Shown in pieces: positions 1 to 9,846 of a DNA stretch of 34,099 nt; positions within the stretch are counted from its first letter, which is position 1, and every line of letters begins with the position of its first letter. The position numbers and the translations under genes are program-made. Under the pieces are notes generated by a model. It was given only the letters and a program-made list of their open reading frames with translations, made no database searches and was not told the origin of the DNA. The stretch comes from Mesotaenium endlicherianum (Eukaryota): the NCBI GenBank assembly GCA_009602735.1, contig WELA01002438.1:78477-112575 (forward strand), in the 5' to 3' direction.

Positions 1-207
1 CGCGACGGTCGCTTATCATAGTTTTTGGGGCAGATTGTTGGCGCAGTCTCCCATCCCACCCCTGTTATCTTCCTCTTTCTCTCTTCATGCATGGGCGGGT
101 ATGTGCGTGCTGATACACGCACGCGGCCTCCTGTCATTCTGCGTGCCACAAGCCAGTTGCCGTCAGTGACACACTACCTGCGTGGATTGGTGTGTATCTG
201 CTCGCAG

Positions 208-1549
208 ACAGAGAGCCGGGTGAAGGTGACGCCGACAGTGACGCTGCCGGATGCGTCGGCAAGGGTGCACGTGGAAGTGCCCCTGGCGTGGCACCAGTGC
301 GGCACCAGCCTCGAGCCCGCCACCCAGCTCAGGTGCCTTCTTTGGCACACCCCGCATGCTCAGCTGCTGCTCGTGCGTCGTGCCTGTCCCTCTTGGAGGA
401 GAGCAGCTGTTTATAGCAGTCTCTGCACACCCCCTCCTTTCTTCGTTAACTCCTCTCCCCGTCACCCTCTTGCTGGCAAGTGATTGCCCCCCCCCNTCTT
501 GGTGCCCTTTTTGTGCTTCTCTGCACTGCCAGCAGTTCCTGTCGGAAATGGTCCCTCTCCCATTAGTGGGGGCTCTGTTGTGAGTGTCCAAAAGCTGAAG
601 GCTCGCGCAATCCAGTACCGTTTGCCACTCCAAACTTTCACGTGAGTACTTGTTTCACTGCGGGCCCACCGTTGGCACCTGCCTGGCACACACGCACCTC
701 ACCTCCAATCTGTGTGCCACCTGGCAGCACCTCAGAGCCCGTCTAGCAGACAAAGGAAGAGATGTTCTAACAATTCTATGCACGCCAGGAAGCTCCTCTT
801 TGTCCCTCGCGCTCCTAGCGAATCATACGATTGCTCTATGGCAGGACTCTTTCTTGGGGTCCGTGTGAGGATCAGTCTTCTCAGTGAAGTGTGCCACCCA
901 GCTGAGGGGGGCCCCATCCATGCGTGCGTGCGTGCGTGCGTGCGTGGGACTGCAGCATCACGGCCGCCGTGGCGGGGGTGCGCTCCCACTGGTCGGCAGA
1001 GGCCACGCACTACCCGCACCACAACGTGGGCGTCAGCGTGGGGTACAAGTCCGGCATCGCCCCCGTCGCCTCCGCTGCGATCATGGTGAGCTCTAGGGCC
1101 AGCTGCTGCTGGTGCAGCCAGGAAACCCCCCCNNNNNNNNNNNNNNNNNNNNNNNNNNNNNNNNNNNNNNNNNNNNNNNNNNNNNNNNNNNNNNNNNNNN
1201 NNNNNNNNNNNNNNNNNNNNNNNNNNNNNNNNNNNNNNNNNNNNNNNNNNNNNNNNNNNNNNNNNNNNNNNNNNNNNNNNNNNNNNNNNNNNNNNNNNNN
1301 NNNNNNNNNNNNNNNNNNNNNNNNNNNNNNNNNNNNNNNNNNNNNNNNNNNNNNNNNNNNNNNNNNNNNNNNNNNNNNNNNNNNNNNNNNNNNNNNNNNN
1401 NNNNNNNNNNNNNNNNNNNNNNNNNNNNNNNNNNNNNNNNNNNNNNNNNNNNNNNNNNNNNNNNNNNNNNNNNNNNNNNNNNNNNNNNNNNNNNNNNNNN
1501 NNNNNNNNNNNNNNNNNNNNNNNNNNNNNNNNNNNNNNNNNNNNNNNNN

Positions 1550-1606
<57 letters not shown>

Positions 1607-2526
1607 GCTGTCTGTCAGTTGACATTTGGCAAACGAGTGGCTTTGGATCTTCTTCGACGATGTCTATGCACGCGTGTGCATGTCTCTCGAATCCTGTTTC
1701 TTGCGCTGAAGAGCAAGGCGGCGGCGGAGAACGGGCAGCTGTCTGCCTCACACTTGAGCAAAGGTCCTTGGGCGTCAAAGCAGGGCCTGCTGCATGGCGT
1801 CCATGAATATGTTCTTTACATGTTCCGTGGCATGACGAGTGCGCCTATGTTTAAGTCATTCGCCAGCGGACAGTCTGCAACTGGCCTTTCTGAGTTGGCT
1901 GCCGCGCTGTCATTGCTTTTGTTGCTTCCTCGTCATCATTCTTTTTGAGTTGCATACATTCGATTGAACACGGGCTGATGTGTATGGCTTGATATGTGCC
2001 ACTCGGGATCCTCTGCTGGGTCTTCGACCTTAGAACTGGTGCATGCGTCTGTGACCAAGTCCTGTGCAATACGCCCCCCCCCCCCCTNNNNNNNNNNNNN
2101 NNNNNNNNNNNNNNNNNNNNNNNNNNNNNNNNNNNNNNNNNNNNNNNNNNNNNNNNNNNNNNNNNNNNNNNNNNNNNNNNNNNNNNNNNNNNNNNNNNNN
2201 NNNNNNNNNNNNNNNNNNNNNNNNNNNNNNNNNNNNNNNNNNNNNNNTCCCCCCTCCCCGTCTAGTCCCCCAAGCAGCCCCAGACCCTAATACAGTCCCG
2301 GGAGGCCCCTTGCTGAGGCTGGAAGTATGTGCCCCGAGTTGAAGCGCAGCGTCAACGTTTTTGAAAAAGGCCGTGCTCGCGTTGCTGCGTGCAGCTAGGA
2401 AGGACCAAGCACACGAAGAGGGGGACCAAGGGCGAGCCGGTTCTACGGGTGAATATGAAGTGTCCCCTCGGCACGCCTTCCCGCGCTACTTTCTGCGTCG
2501 AGTGGAACAAGGCGTTGATGTTCTAG
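208..2526 (+). CDS. Divergent OEP37-like plastid outer-envelope beta-barrel, last three exons (208-332, 956-1085, 2395-2526); 5' part lies outside the window
   Basis: The exons are bounded by AG/GT and splice in frame (phases 2 and 0) to TESRVKVTPTVTLPDASARVHVEVPLAWHQCGTSLEPATQLS-ITAAVAGVRSHWSAEATHYPHHNVGVSVGYKSGIAPVASAAIM-LGRTKHTKRGTKGEPVLRVNMKCPLGTPSRATFCVEWNKALMF*. This aligns exon for exon with the last three exons of the OEP37 gene at 17040-21174 (VTPTVTLP/VTPAMRLP, VGYKS/IGYDS, last exon starts LG, terminal Phe, shared CTC AG|GT junction). Confidence 0.75.
921..945. repeat. (TGCG)n microsatellite just upstream of a splice acceptor
   Basis: The tgcgtgcgtgcg run is directly visible. Confidence 0.9.
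1133..1549. other. Assembly gap (N run) between a poly-C tract and a (CA)n tract
   Basis: Run of N. Confidence 1.
1550..1603. repeat. (CA)n microsatellite, truncated by the gap
   Basis: Perfect CA run. Confidence 0.95.
2088..2247. other. Assembly gap (N run) flanked by C-rich tracts
   Basis: Run of N. Confidence 1.
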
Positions 2527-3379
2527 ATTGCCCTGCCTCACTCTTTCGGAGAGGGATGCTGACTTGTGCTCTCTATGATATTCTCGTGCGTCACTCAGGC
2601 TCCGTTTTGTGGCCATGATGGCATTCAATGGAAGGTTGCCGTTTTGCTGCATCTGTGAACATATAGGAGATGGAGTGTTTACTTTGCCAACCATACTTTC
2701 TTGGTAGCTTTAACAAGGGTATGAAGGAGCGTGTACCACATGCGTATATATGTACATAGAGTCCAATTGTAGCCGCTTCAGCATCTAGTATATATAATTA
2801 TAACGCTTAGTTTGATCAAGTTCATAGGACTCATGTGTTTCAATTACTTCTTGTGAATATGCACTAGATAGGTACACTGTGATCCGTTTTGTGTGTAATA
2901 TCATCGATAGAGGGATTAATTTGAAATCATTATGTCATGCAAGCCTGATGAGATGAAGTCTAAATCTGGGAGCTGTTGCAGATAGTTGAAAATCCCAACC
3001 TGTTGTGGATCTTATTGCGACGTCTATTAGCTTGCTACACAATGTAGAGCTGTCAAAATTGCATAGGTGAAGCTTGTGAGGGTGCACGCTTTATTGCGTA
3101 TAAGTACCATATGACATTCTTCTTGACCTCGTCATTTGTTTATGCGTCATTGAGCAAGAGCTTTCTCCAATAAACGGTTTGCTATATATGTATGAAACGT
3201 ATCACCTTCAAGCTCTAAGATAAGGTTGGATAAAGGATGCACAACTGCAATCATTGTGCAAGATCGTGTGATATATAATTGTTGTTTGTAACCAATTATG
3301 ATGTAAGAAGCGTCCATACCAAGAGGTGTGTCAACGTATGCACTCAGGCACGTACATACAGTATGAATACCACCAACAA

Positions 3380-4200
3380 TGAATACCATGAGCAAGCGAG
3401 GAGCATCGCGCATGGAGCTGCACTCCGTCCACACCTCTTCCAGCTTCTGGATGTCACCGAGCTCCGCATATGCCCACAGGCGCGTCGTGTACGTCTCGCC
3501 ACGTGGCACAACTCCGGCCCGCCTTGCTTCTCGTAGGCCTCCCTGGCGCTCGCTACCTGTCCCGCCCGAAAGTAGCTGTTCACAATGATGTTGTAGGCTA
3601 TCTCGTCCAGCTGGAAACCCCACTCTTTGCACTCACGCACCTGTCCTCCATGGCCGCCAGCTGGCCGGCCCTGCCGTACGCTGACAGGAGCACCCTGTAC
3701 GTCAGCAGGTTTGGCTTTATGCCCTGCCCCACACATGCGCCGACAGACAGACAGACAACGCGCGCAAAGAGTGAGAGAGGGAGGCACCCCCGTGTCAGCG
3801 AGGTCAGCATTGCTTTCCCTGCTCTCCCATCCCAGACGCCAGACCCTGAACCTGATCCCCGCACAAGAACCCGCACAACAACAGCAGCAGAAACGCCAGC
3901 GGCGGCAGCAGCAGCGGCAGCAGCAGCAGCAGCCCGGAGAGGAGCACTACCTAGGCGAGCATCTCGGCGTGCACGCCCTCCAGCTAAGCAGCAACCCGCG
4001 CTGCCCGAGCGCAAGCATGCGGTCGTTGTACGTGCACACAGTGATGGGCACGCGGCCGTACTCGCGCAGCCACCGCTACTTGGCCTCCACGCGGCTGACC
4101 TTGCCCTGCCTGGCAAAGTCAATGACCGTCCCGCTAAACACCTGGCAGGCCCCCCTGCGCTGCCACATCAGCAGCCGTTAGTAGGATCCTTGCGGGTCCT
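3380..4200 (-). pseudogene. P-class pentatricopeptide repeat (PPR) pseudogene with a retained intron at 3724-3950; boundaries approximate
   Basis: Successive PPR motifs: VFSGTVIDFARQGKVSRVEAK*RWLRE, ITVCTYNDRMLALGQRG..LEGVHAEMLA*, GIKPNLLTYRVLLSAYGRAGQLAAME, GFQLDEIAYNIIVNSYFRAGQVASAREAYE, GVVPRGETYTTRLWAYAELGDIQKLEEVW. They are split over different frames (at least 3 frameshifts), with in-frame TAG at 4076-4078 and 3951-3953. Confidence 0.85.
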
Positions 4201-4254
4201 CGATGCCAGCGAGCTAGCCAGGTGGCGGCAGCCCGAGTCCATTTCTAGAATGAA

Positions 4255-4312
4255 GATTAGGGTGAGTTGAGGCTTAGAGTTAGGGTGACGGTTAAGGTTA
4301 GGGTTAGGATTT
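4255..4312. repeat. Degenerate telomere-like (TTAGGG-type) tract
   Basis: ttagggtgagttgaggcttagagttagggtgacggttaaggttagggttaggattt. A related tract in the opposite orientation (aaaccctgaaccctga) lies at about 5005-5058. Confidence 0.55.
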
Positions 4313-5119
4313 AAAATCTGAGGTGTAGGAGAGGGGGAGGCTTGTCAGCAGAGGAAGGGCAGAGTGAGCAGCGGCGTGCTCGATGTCGAGCTGGCGGCGC
4401 TATGAGCAGCCCCATCAGCCTGCTAGTGAGAAAGAGCAGAACGAGCAGCGGCGTGCGTGCTGAACAATGACAGGTGGCGGCGCCACAGGTGTTGTGCCGC
4501 AGAGTCGGAGCTCCGGATTGGACAGCGCTAAGGGCTTGGGCAGGGGAGTCCCTTGCCGCCGCCGAGGGACGTACACACACGAGCGCCGCATGAAGGAACA
4601 AGCGGGCGAGAGAGGCGGGAGCTCGGAGAAGCATCGTGCGCGTGCTACTAGGCTGGCCACGCATTGCCTCTCAGGCTACACCAGGCACGAGTTGACGGGC
4701 GCCAGCCGGCAGCCGGCCCTGGGGGACGCCATGCGGCGCGAGCGTGGTGGAAGAGGTGCCACGTGTCGCGCGTGGGACAGGGGAGGAGGAGGAAGAGATG
4801 CCTGCCAGGCGCCTGCATTGAGACTTGAAAGCAAAAGGGAAAGAGAGAAGGCCACACAAGTGAGAGGGGAACTTAGACAAGCGTCGGGCAAATGTTTGAG
4901 GATTTTATTGTCACATGTAGTATGTTCCAGCTCGTGGACTGAGTCAGCAAACGACTTTTTTTTAAAACCCACGATGAAAGAGCTGAGCCGGAAGAGCTGG
5001 ATCTAAAACCTCACACCCTACGCCCCTCAAACGTAAGACCTGAAACCCTGAACCCTGACACATCAGTTTTTGAGTTGAAGGGGTTGGTGCGAGGGGCCAC
5101 TGGCTGACCCTACCCCACA

Positions 5120-5201
5120 GGCCATTTCCCTTATTTTAAACCTTACCCCGCCACTGGCCATTTCCCTTATTTCAAACCTTACCCCGCCACTGGCCATTCC
5201 C
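5120..5201. repeat. 36-bp tandem direct repeat, about 2.3 copies
   Basis: Unit ggccatttcccttattttaaaccttaccccgccact at 5120 and 5156 (1 mismatch), partial copy at 5192. Confidence 0.9.
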
Positions 5202-6036
5202 TTTTTTTGTTTAATATGAACAAAAACTGTTCATTTTATAAAGCCATAATTGCGTGCTTTGAGGCCGCAACCTCCCTCTTCGCACTTCATGCCTGGTGCA
5301 TGCAGCCTCTCGCGATTTTGCCTGACTAACCGCTTGGAGTTCCAAGTGAGCATAGGGATTCAATTAGGCACAGTGAGGCACACTGAGGCTCACCATGAAA
5401 TCCGTTTAACAAGATGTACCATCACGTGCTTGATTCTGTTTTTAGAAATCTCGAATTTAATATTCTTACTAAGCAACACTCAGGAAACGATAGCTTTTAA
5501 ACGAACGGGCCAATTTTGTCTTCATTTGATGCGATATAACGCCATCGTTCGTTAGTGCCTCCCCAACATGCATGACGGGCAAATAAAGACAAGCGAGGTC
5601 AACAAGCTACAAAGTTTGAACTTCTGATTCCTGACAAACGTGTGAGTTTTTCGTGGGTAGTAAGGAGTGGTAAGGAGTAATTCCACAGAAAGAGACTAGT
5701 CGTTGGAGTCTAATATGCTCCGCAAAATGAGCACTTCTCAGATTTTGATTTTGACTGCTTCCATAGGTTTTACAGATTCTACCATTTACCATGCACGGAA
5801 ACGCTCTTTTGCACTTCTTCTTTATGACTTCCTGCTCAATCAATTATACAAGACACCTGTAGCCACATACGCTGTGGACAAGAATAAGCTGTTGATCAGC
5901 TTAGGTCTCAGCTTGTGTTTTCGTACTATTATTTTTACTCCCGAAGTTGCTTCCATTGAGGATCTTTAGGCTTTCAAGGCGTTGCAAAGGAAACAAGTCT
6001 CAAGTGCGCAGCTTGGTGCGTGGACACCTCCTTCTT

Positions 6037-6200
6037 TGTTTGGTATACTATAAGCAAGCAGGGGTTTTTTGTTTGGTACTTACTGTAAGCATTGTAAGCA
6101 GGGGTTCTTTGTTTCGAACTTGCTGTAAACATTGTTTGGTACTGTAAACAAGCAGGGGTGTTATGTTGGTATACTGTAAGTAAGTATTGTTTGGTACTGT
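6037..6200. repeat. Degenerate minisatellite built from TGTTTGGTA / TACTGTAA / AAGCAGGGG modules
   Basis: tgtttggta recurs at about 6037, 6070, 6133 and 6188; aagcagggg recurs three times. Confidence 0.75.
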
Positions 6201-7150
6201 CACTGGTACCGTATATCAGAAACAAGCTGAGGGAGTGTATACTATGTATGGGCAAAGGACAGATTCCGGAAGGTGGCTAGTGAGTCCACTGGTTGGTGAG
6301 CTTCATAGTATGTGATATGCTTGCTGCAGGATCATGCTTGGCTGAAAAGATAGTTCATGTGCTGAAGTCAAGGTACCTGCTTGGAGCTCTCTAATTTCCA
6401 CGTGGAACTGCAACACTGTGGGATGATTAGGATTGTGACTTTGATATCCGTTGCAGCTTTGCATTATATGTACTCATAAGAAAAAGGATAAACAACTATC
6501 TGAGTTAGTATAGCCACGTACAGATCAAAGTGCGGTATTCAGGGTCTTGCTATCGATAAGGAGTCACGTGTCACGGCAATGATGTCATCAGTTCCAGATA
6601 GGTGTAAGAGGTCACGATAAATAGTGGCTAATTTGGGTAGTGCGAAATGGATGAGCAGTAGATGATGTATAGCATGACTTGGCGCAGGCCAAGGTTCAGT
6701 AGAGATCACATAAGGGGCTTGTGTGAAGTTTGTGAGGACATTACTGTGGCACAGGTTAAAGTAAGTCGGGCTGGGAGGCAGAGTATGTGCTATCCCTCTT
6801 GGGTGGTTCCAAATTCTGGATGAAGAGCGTTGCCACCTTCTTTTCATTCCGCCATCTTCGCCTAGACAATGAGACATGGGGACGACCAGTCACTTCGCTG
6901 TGTAATTTCCCTCTTAGATGCGGTCCTTTACCAGCTGGAGTGAACAGTAATTATGAACAGTAAAGCAAGGGAAAGAATCGAGTCAGCTCAGAAGTGCCGC
7001 GTTTGACAGGATGTACGCACCCAGAACTTGAAGAGGGTGCTCCCGCTGCTGACATAGAGGTAAACGTGCGCTCCCTGTGGGGCAGATCGGAGTGAGGACG
7101 ACGTCAGCTTTGGCCTCTTGACGGTTGGCCAGCTACTACTGCTTCCGTTA

Positions 7151-8519
7151 ATGTCGCAGCAGCGGCCTGCACCACATGGGCCTGCACAGCAGCAGCAGCA
7201 GCAGCAGGCACCACAAGGGCGTGAGCAGCAACTGCAGCAGGCACTGCATCTCCTGCAGACGCAGGTGCTAGAGCTGCAGCGGCATGCCGCAGACTTGCAG
7301 CAGGCGCTGCTGTACCTGCAGGATTGCGTTCAGCAGCATCAGCAGCAGCAGCATGCGCTGAGCCTGTTGTTTAACGAGCAGCAGCAAGAAATTCAGGCAC
7401 TTAACGGGTTGCTGGGCTTGTTTGTCATCCATCTTCAGTTCCTTATGCGAGGGCATCAGCTGCACGAGCGCATCATTGGAGAGCAGCTAATGGGTTACGA
7501 TGAAGTGAGGCGGCTGCTGCGCCAACTCATACGAGAGAGCCAGGGTAGCCGTAACTAGTTGAGGAAATGAGGCACCTGCTGGACCACCATATTTTACAGA
7601 TTTTTCGACAATATTATCTCGCTGTTGCCATAAATCGCGTCTCATTTGTTCGGTGTAACCGGCGCCAGTGTTTAAGTAACACCCGCATCCGTTTTAGCGA
7701 TGATGCTGCCTAAAGTAGTACCTTTGATCAGATATGCCTTTTGATGACTTCGTGTAACATGATTGCATGCATCTAATTGTGCGTCGTTGTTATTGTGAAA
7801 GAGTTTCTTTTGTGCCTATAATAACAGCTTCAGAATCTTGGAATTGTTTTAGTTTTATCATAAGTCCTTTTAGTGTTGATCTTCCGCACTTGTGTCTGCC
7901 CGTAGGCTTTTTCAGTATTACACCTTCAAAACCTTCACACGAAGCAAATTGTTCATAATCTTTGAGCATGTCAGTATCTGTAATTTCGTGGGTATCAACG
8001 GTACGAATTGTGAACAATTATTATAACATTGATTTACGTAATTGTGTATCATAGTGTACGTCGATCATAAGGCATAAAAAGATCTTGTTTGACCAAGTCG
8101 AACAATTAAAATTTTTAATTTATTTTATTCTAAAGTACCATCTTTTCTCTCTCCAATCACTCTGCTATCCAGAAACACCCTTAATATAGCACCGTTCTTT
8201 TTATGGCATTAAAACCATCTAGCCTGTCTTGCATATACAGACACAATTCTAGACTACCTACGCACATATGTTGGCATATATGTTTTACCATTCTCCAGCT
8301 CCAAATGCAGCTGCTGCTGCCACTGCCACTTTCCGCCGTACTCCTGCAGCAACTGCCACATCCTCTCCTCCTGCTGCAACAGCTGCACCCTGTTTCCACC
8401 GGCTGCTGCATCAACTGGAAGATTTCCTCCAGGGGGCAGCCTCCGCTTTCCTGGCGCCTCTTGTGGTGGGAGGTGCCCATCAGGAAGCTCGCCTCACCGT
8501 CCGCCAGCAATTCAGCTAG
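7151..8519 (+). pseudogene. Q-rich coiled-coil ORF of unknown function, disrupted by a probable frameshift near 7550 and by the insertion at 7591-8286
   Basis: ORF 7118-7558 (first ATG at 7151) shows heptad-like L/Q periodicity. The shifted frame LVEEMRHLLDHH (to 7590) joins in frame to SPAPNAAAAATA...RQQFS* (8292-8519) once the insert and one ACCAT copy are removed. Confidence 0.4.
7591..8291 (-). pseudogene. Degraded minimal ATP-dependent DNA ligase of chlorovirus (NCLDV)/phage type; candidate endogenous viral fragment
   Basis: Collinear motifs across frameshifts: QDRLDGFNAIK (decayed motif I KxDGxR), LFDLVKQDLFMPYDRR (IIIa), GFEGVILKKPTGRHKCGRSTLKGLMIKLKQFQDSEAVIIG (IV and V; compare PBCV-1 GFEGVMIRKPDGKYKFGRSTLKEGILLKMKQFKDAEATII), LFHNNNDAQLDACNHVTRSHQK (latch), LGSIIAKTDAG..NTGAGYTEQMRRDLWQQRDNIVEKSVKY (OB fold). 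Intronless and visibly AT-rich against GC-rich flanks. Confidence 0.85.
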
Positions 8520-9846
8520 GTCGTTGATGCTCTGTCGTAAGCTATCCCCCGCTCTTGCCACTATGCCCAAATTTACTAGGATGCACCCAAGTAACTCCAT
8601 ATTGCATCTGTTCTTCACACATTCTTAAAGTTGCCTGATACCACTTCCTTGCTTGCTTACACGTGCAGGTCAAACAGAATTGTAGTGTTTCCTTGACATT
8701 TTCCCCTCAACGTATGCTTCCCACTCCTCATGAGAAAAGGAACATGGACATTAAAACACACAGAAGGCGTAGTACGCCATTGTTTATGAGCAGTGAAAAG
8801 TGGCTGAATAATCCCCTAAGTTCAACAAAGGTGCAATAAGAAAAGTAGAACACATTCTAGTGGGTGCCCGAATGAGTGAAGCCAGAATCCCTATGTTGCT
8901 CAAAACAATGGTACAAAGTTCGGCATCAATTTGCTCCCCACTTGAAGGCCAACCTCATTTGTTACAACACCTTACAAGCCAAGAGGAGAACCTATCTTTG
9001 TCAGTAGGAGCCAATCGCTTACCTCAACACAAAGCCTTCATAGGGTTCATTGGCTTCCATGGATATTGGTGAAGCCATTATTGAAATCTCGCAAGCGCTT
9101 ACAACCCACGAACTAAATCTGACCTAAATGACATACACCACCTAAGCCACAAACAATCACCAAACCTAGCAAGAAAGCCGCCACACAAGACGTCCCGCAC
9201 TGCACTAACCTCAAATCCTGAAACCCACTTTTCCCACCTCGTGCGCCCCCACAGGGGCCGCCACGCCCCCGCCCCCGCCCCCACCTCGCCCTCGCCCTCT
9301 GTCCCCGCCGCCACCTCTGCCGCTCTCTCTCCTCTCTTTACCGGCTCCGCGCTTGGGCTTTGTCTTCTCCCTCTTCACCCCGCCTGTGTCGCCTGGGTTT
9401 ACCTGGAATGGGTTGGACTCCCTTTCACCGAGCGGCACGCGCTGTCGCACTATCTTCTGCCTCCCCCTGTCCAGCTCGGCGTCCCTGCCAGCACGCACAC
9501 CCACTCCTGCTGAGTCAGTGCCGCACGCGGTGATGCGTAGAAGCCATCCGACGCGCACAGAGCCCGCACACAGCGATTGAGTACATGCGACAGTGTGGGA
9601 AAGGCGACTACTATGAGAAACCAATCAACGGCCACGTCAACGGCCGGCCACTTCCTCAGCAAGCAAAATTGTCCCGTCTAAAACGCACTCAAATATTGGT
9701 CTGAGAAGAGAAGAGGGGAAAATAAATGCAGGGAGGAAGGGGGGAGAAAGCTTTTCTCCATCACGCTGCCAAGTCACTTTGACAGCGAATGCTCCTCAGG
9801 CTCTTTGAATGAGGTTGGATCGCGGGTGCAGGCTCAGGGACGGGCT

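Noticed and set aside
1619..1763. Possible extra exon LTFGKRVALDLL...SHLSK in the OEP37-like gene
   Set aside because: It is not needed: exons 956-1085 and 2395-2526 already join in frame and align with OEP37 without a gap.
732..2342. Long ORFs spanning the N gaps (e.g. 732-1778, 1112-1948)
   Set aside because: Artefacts of N runs and CA repeats that lack stop codons.
5120..5201. 36-bp repeats as a CRISPR array
   Set aside because: The copies are directly adjacent with no spacers, there are no cas genes, and the context is eukaryotic.
7591..8286. Ligase insert as a spliceosomal intron
   Set aside because: No GT...AG pair at the boundaries on either strand.
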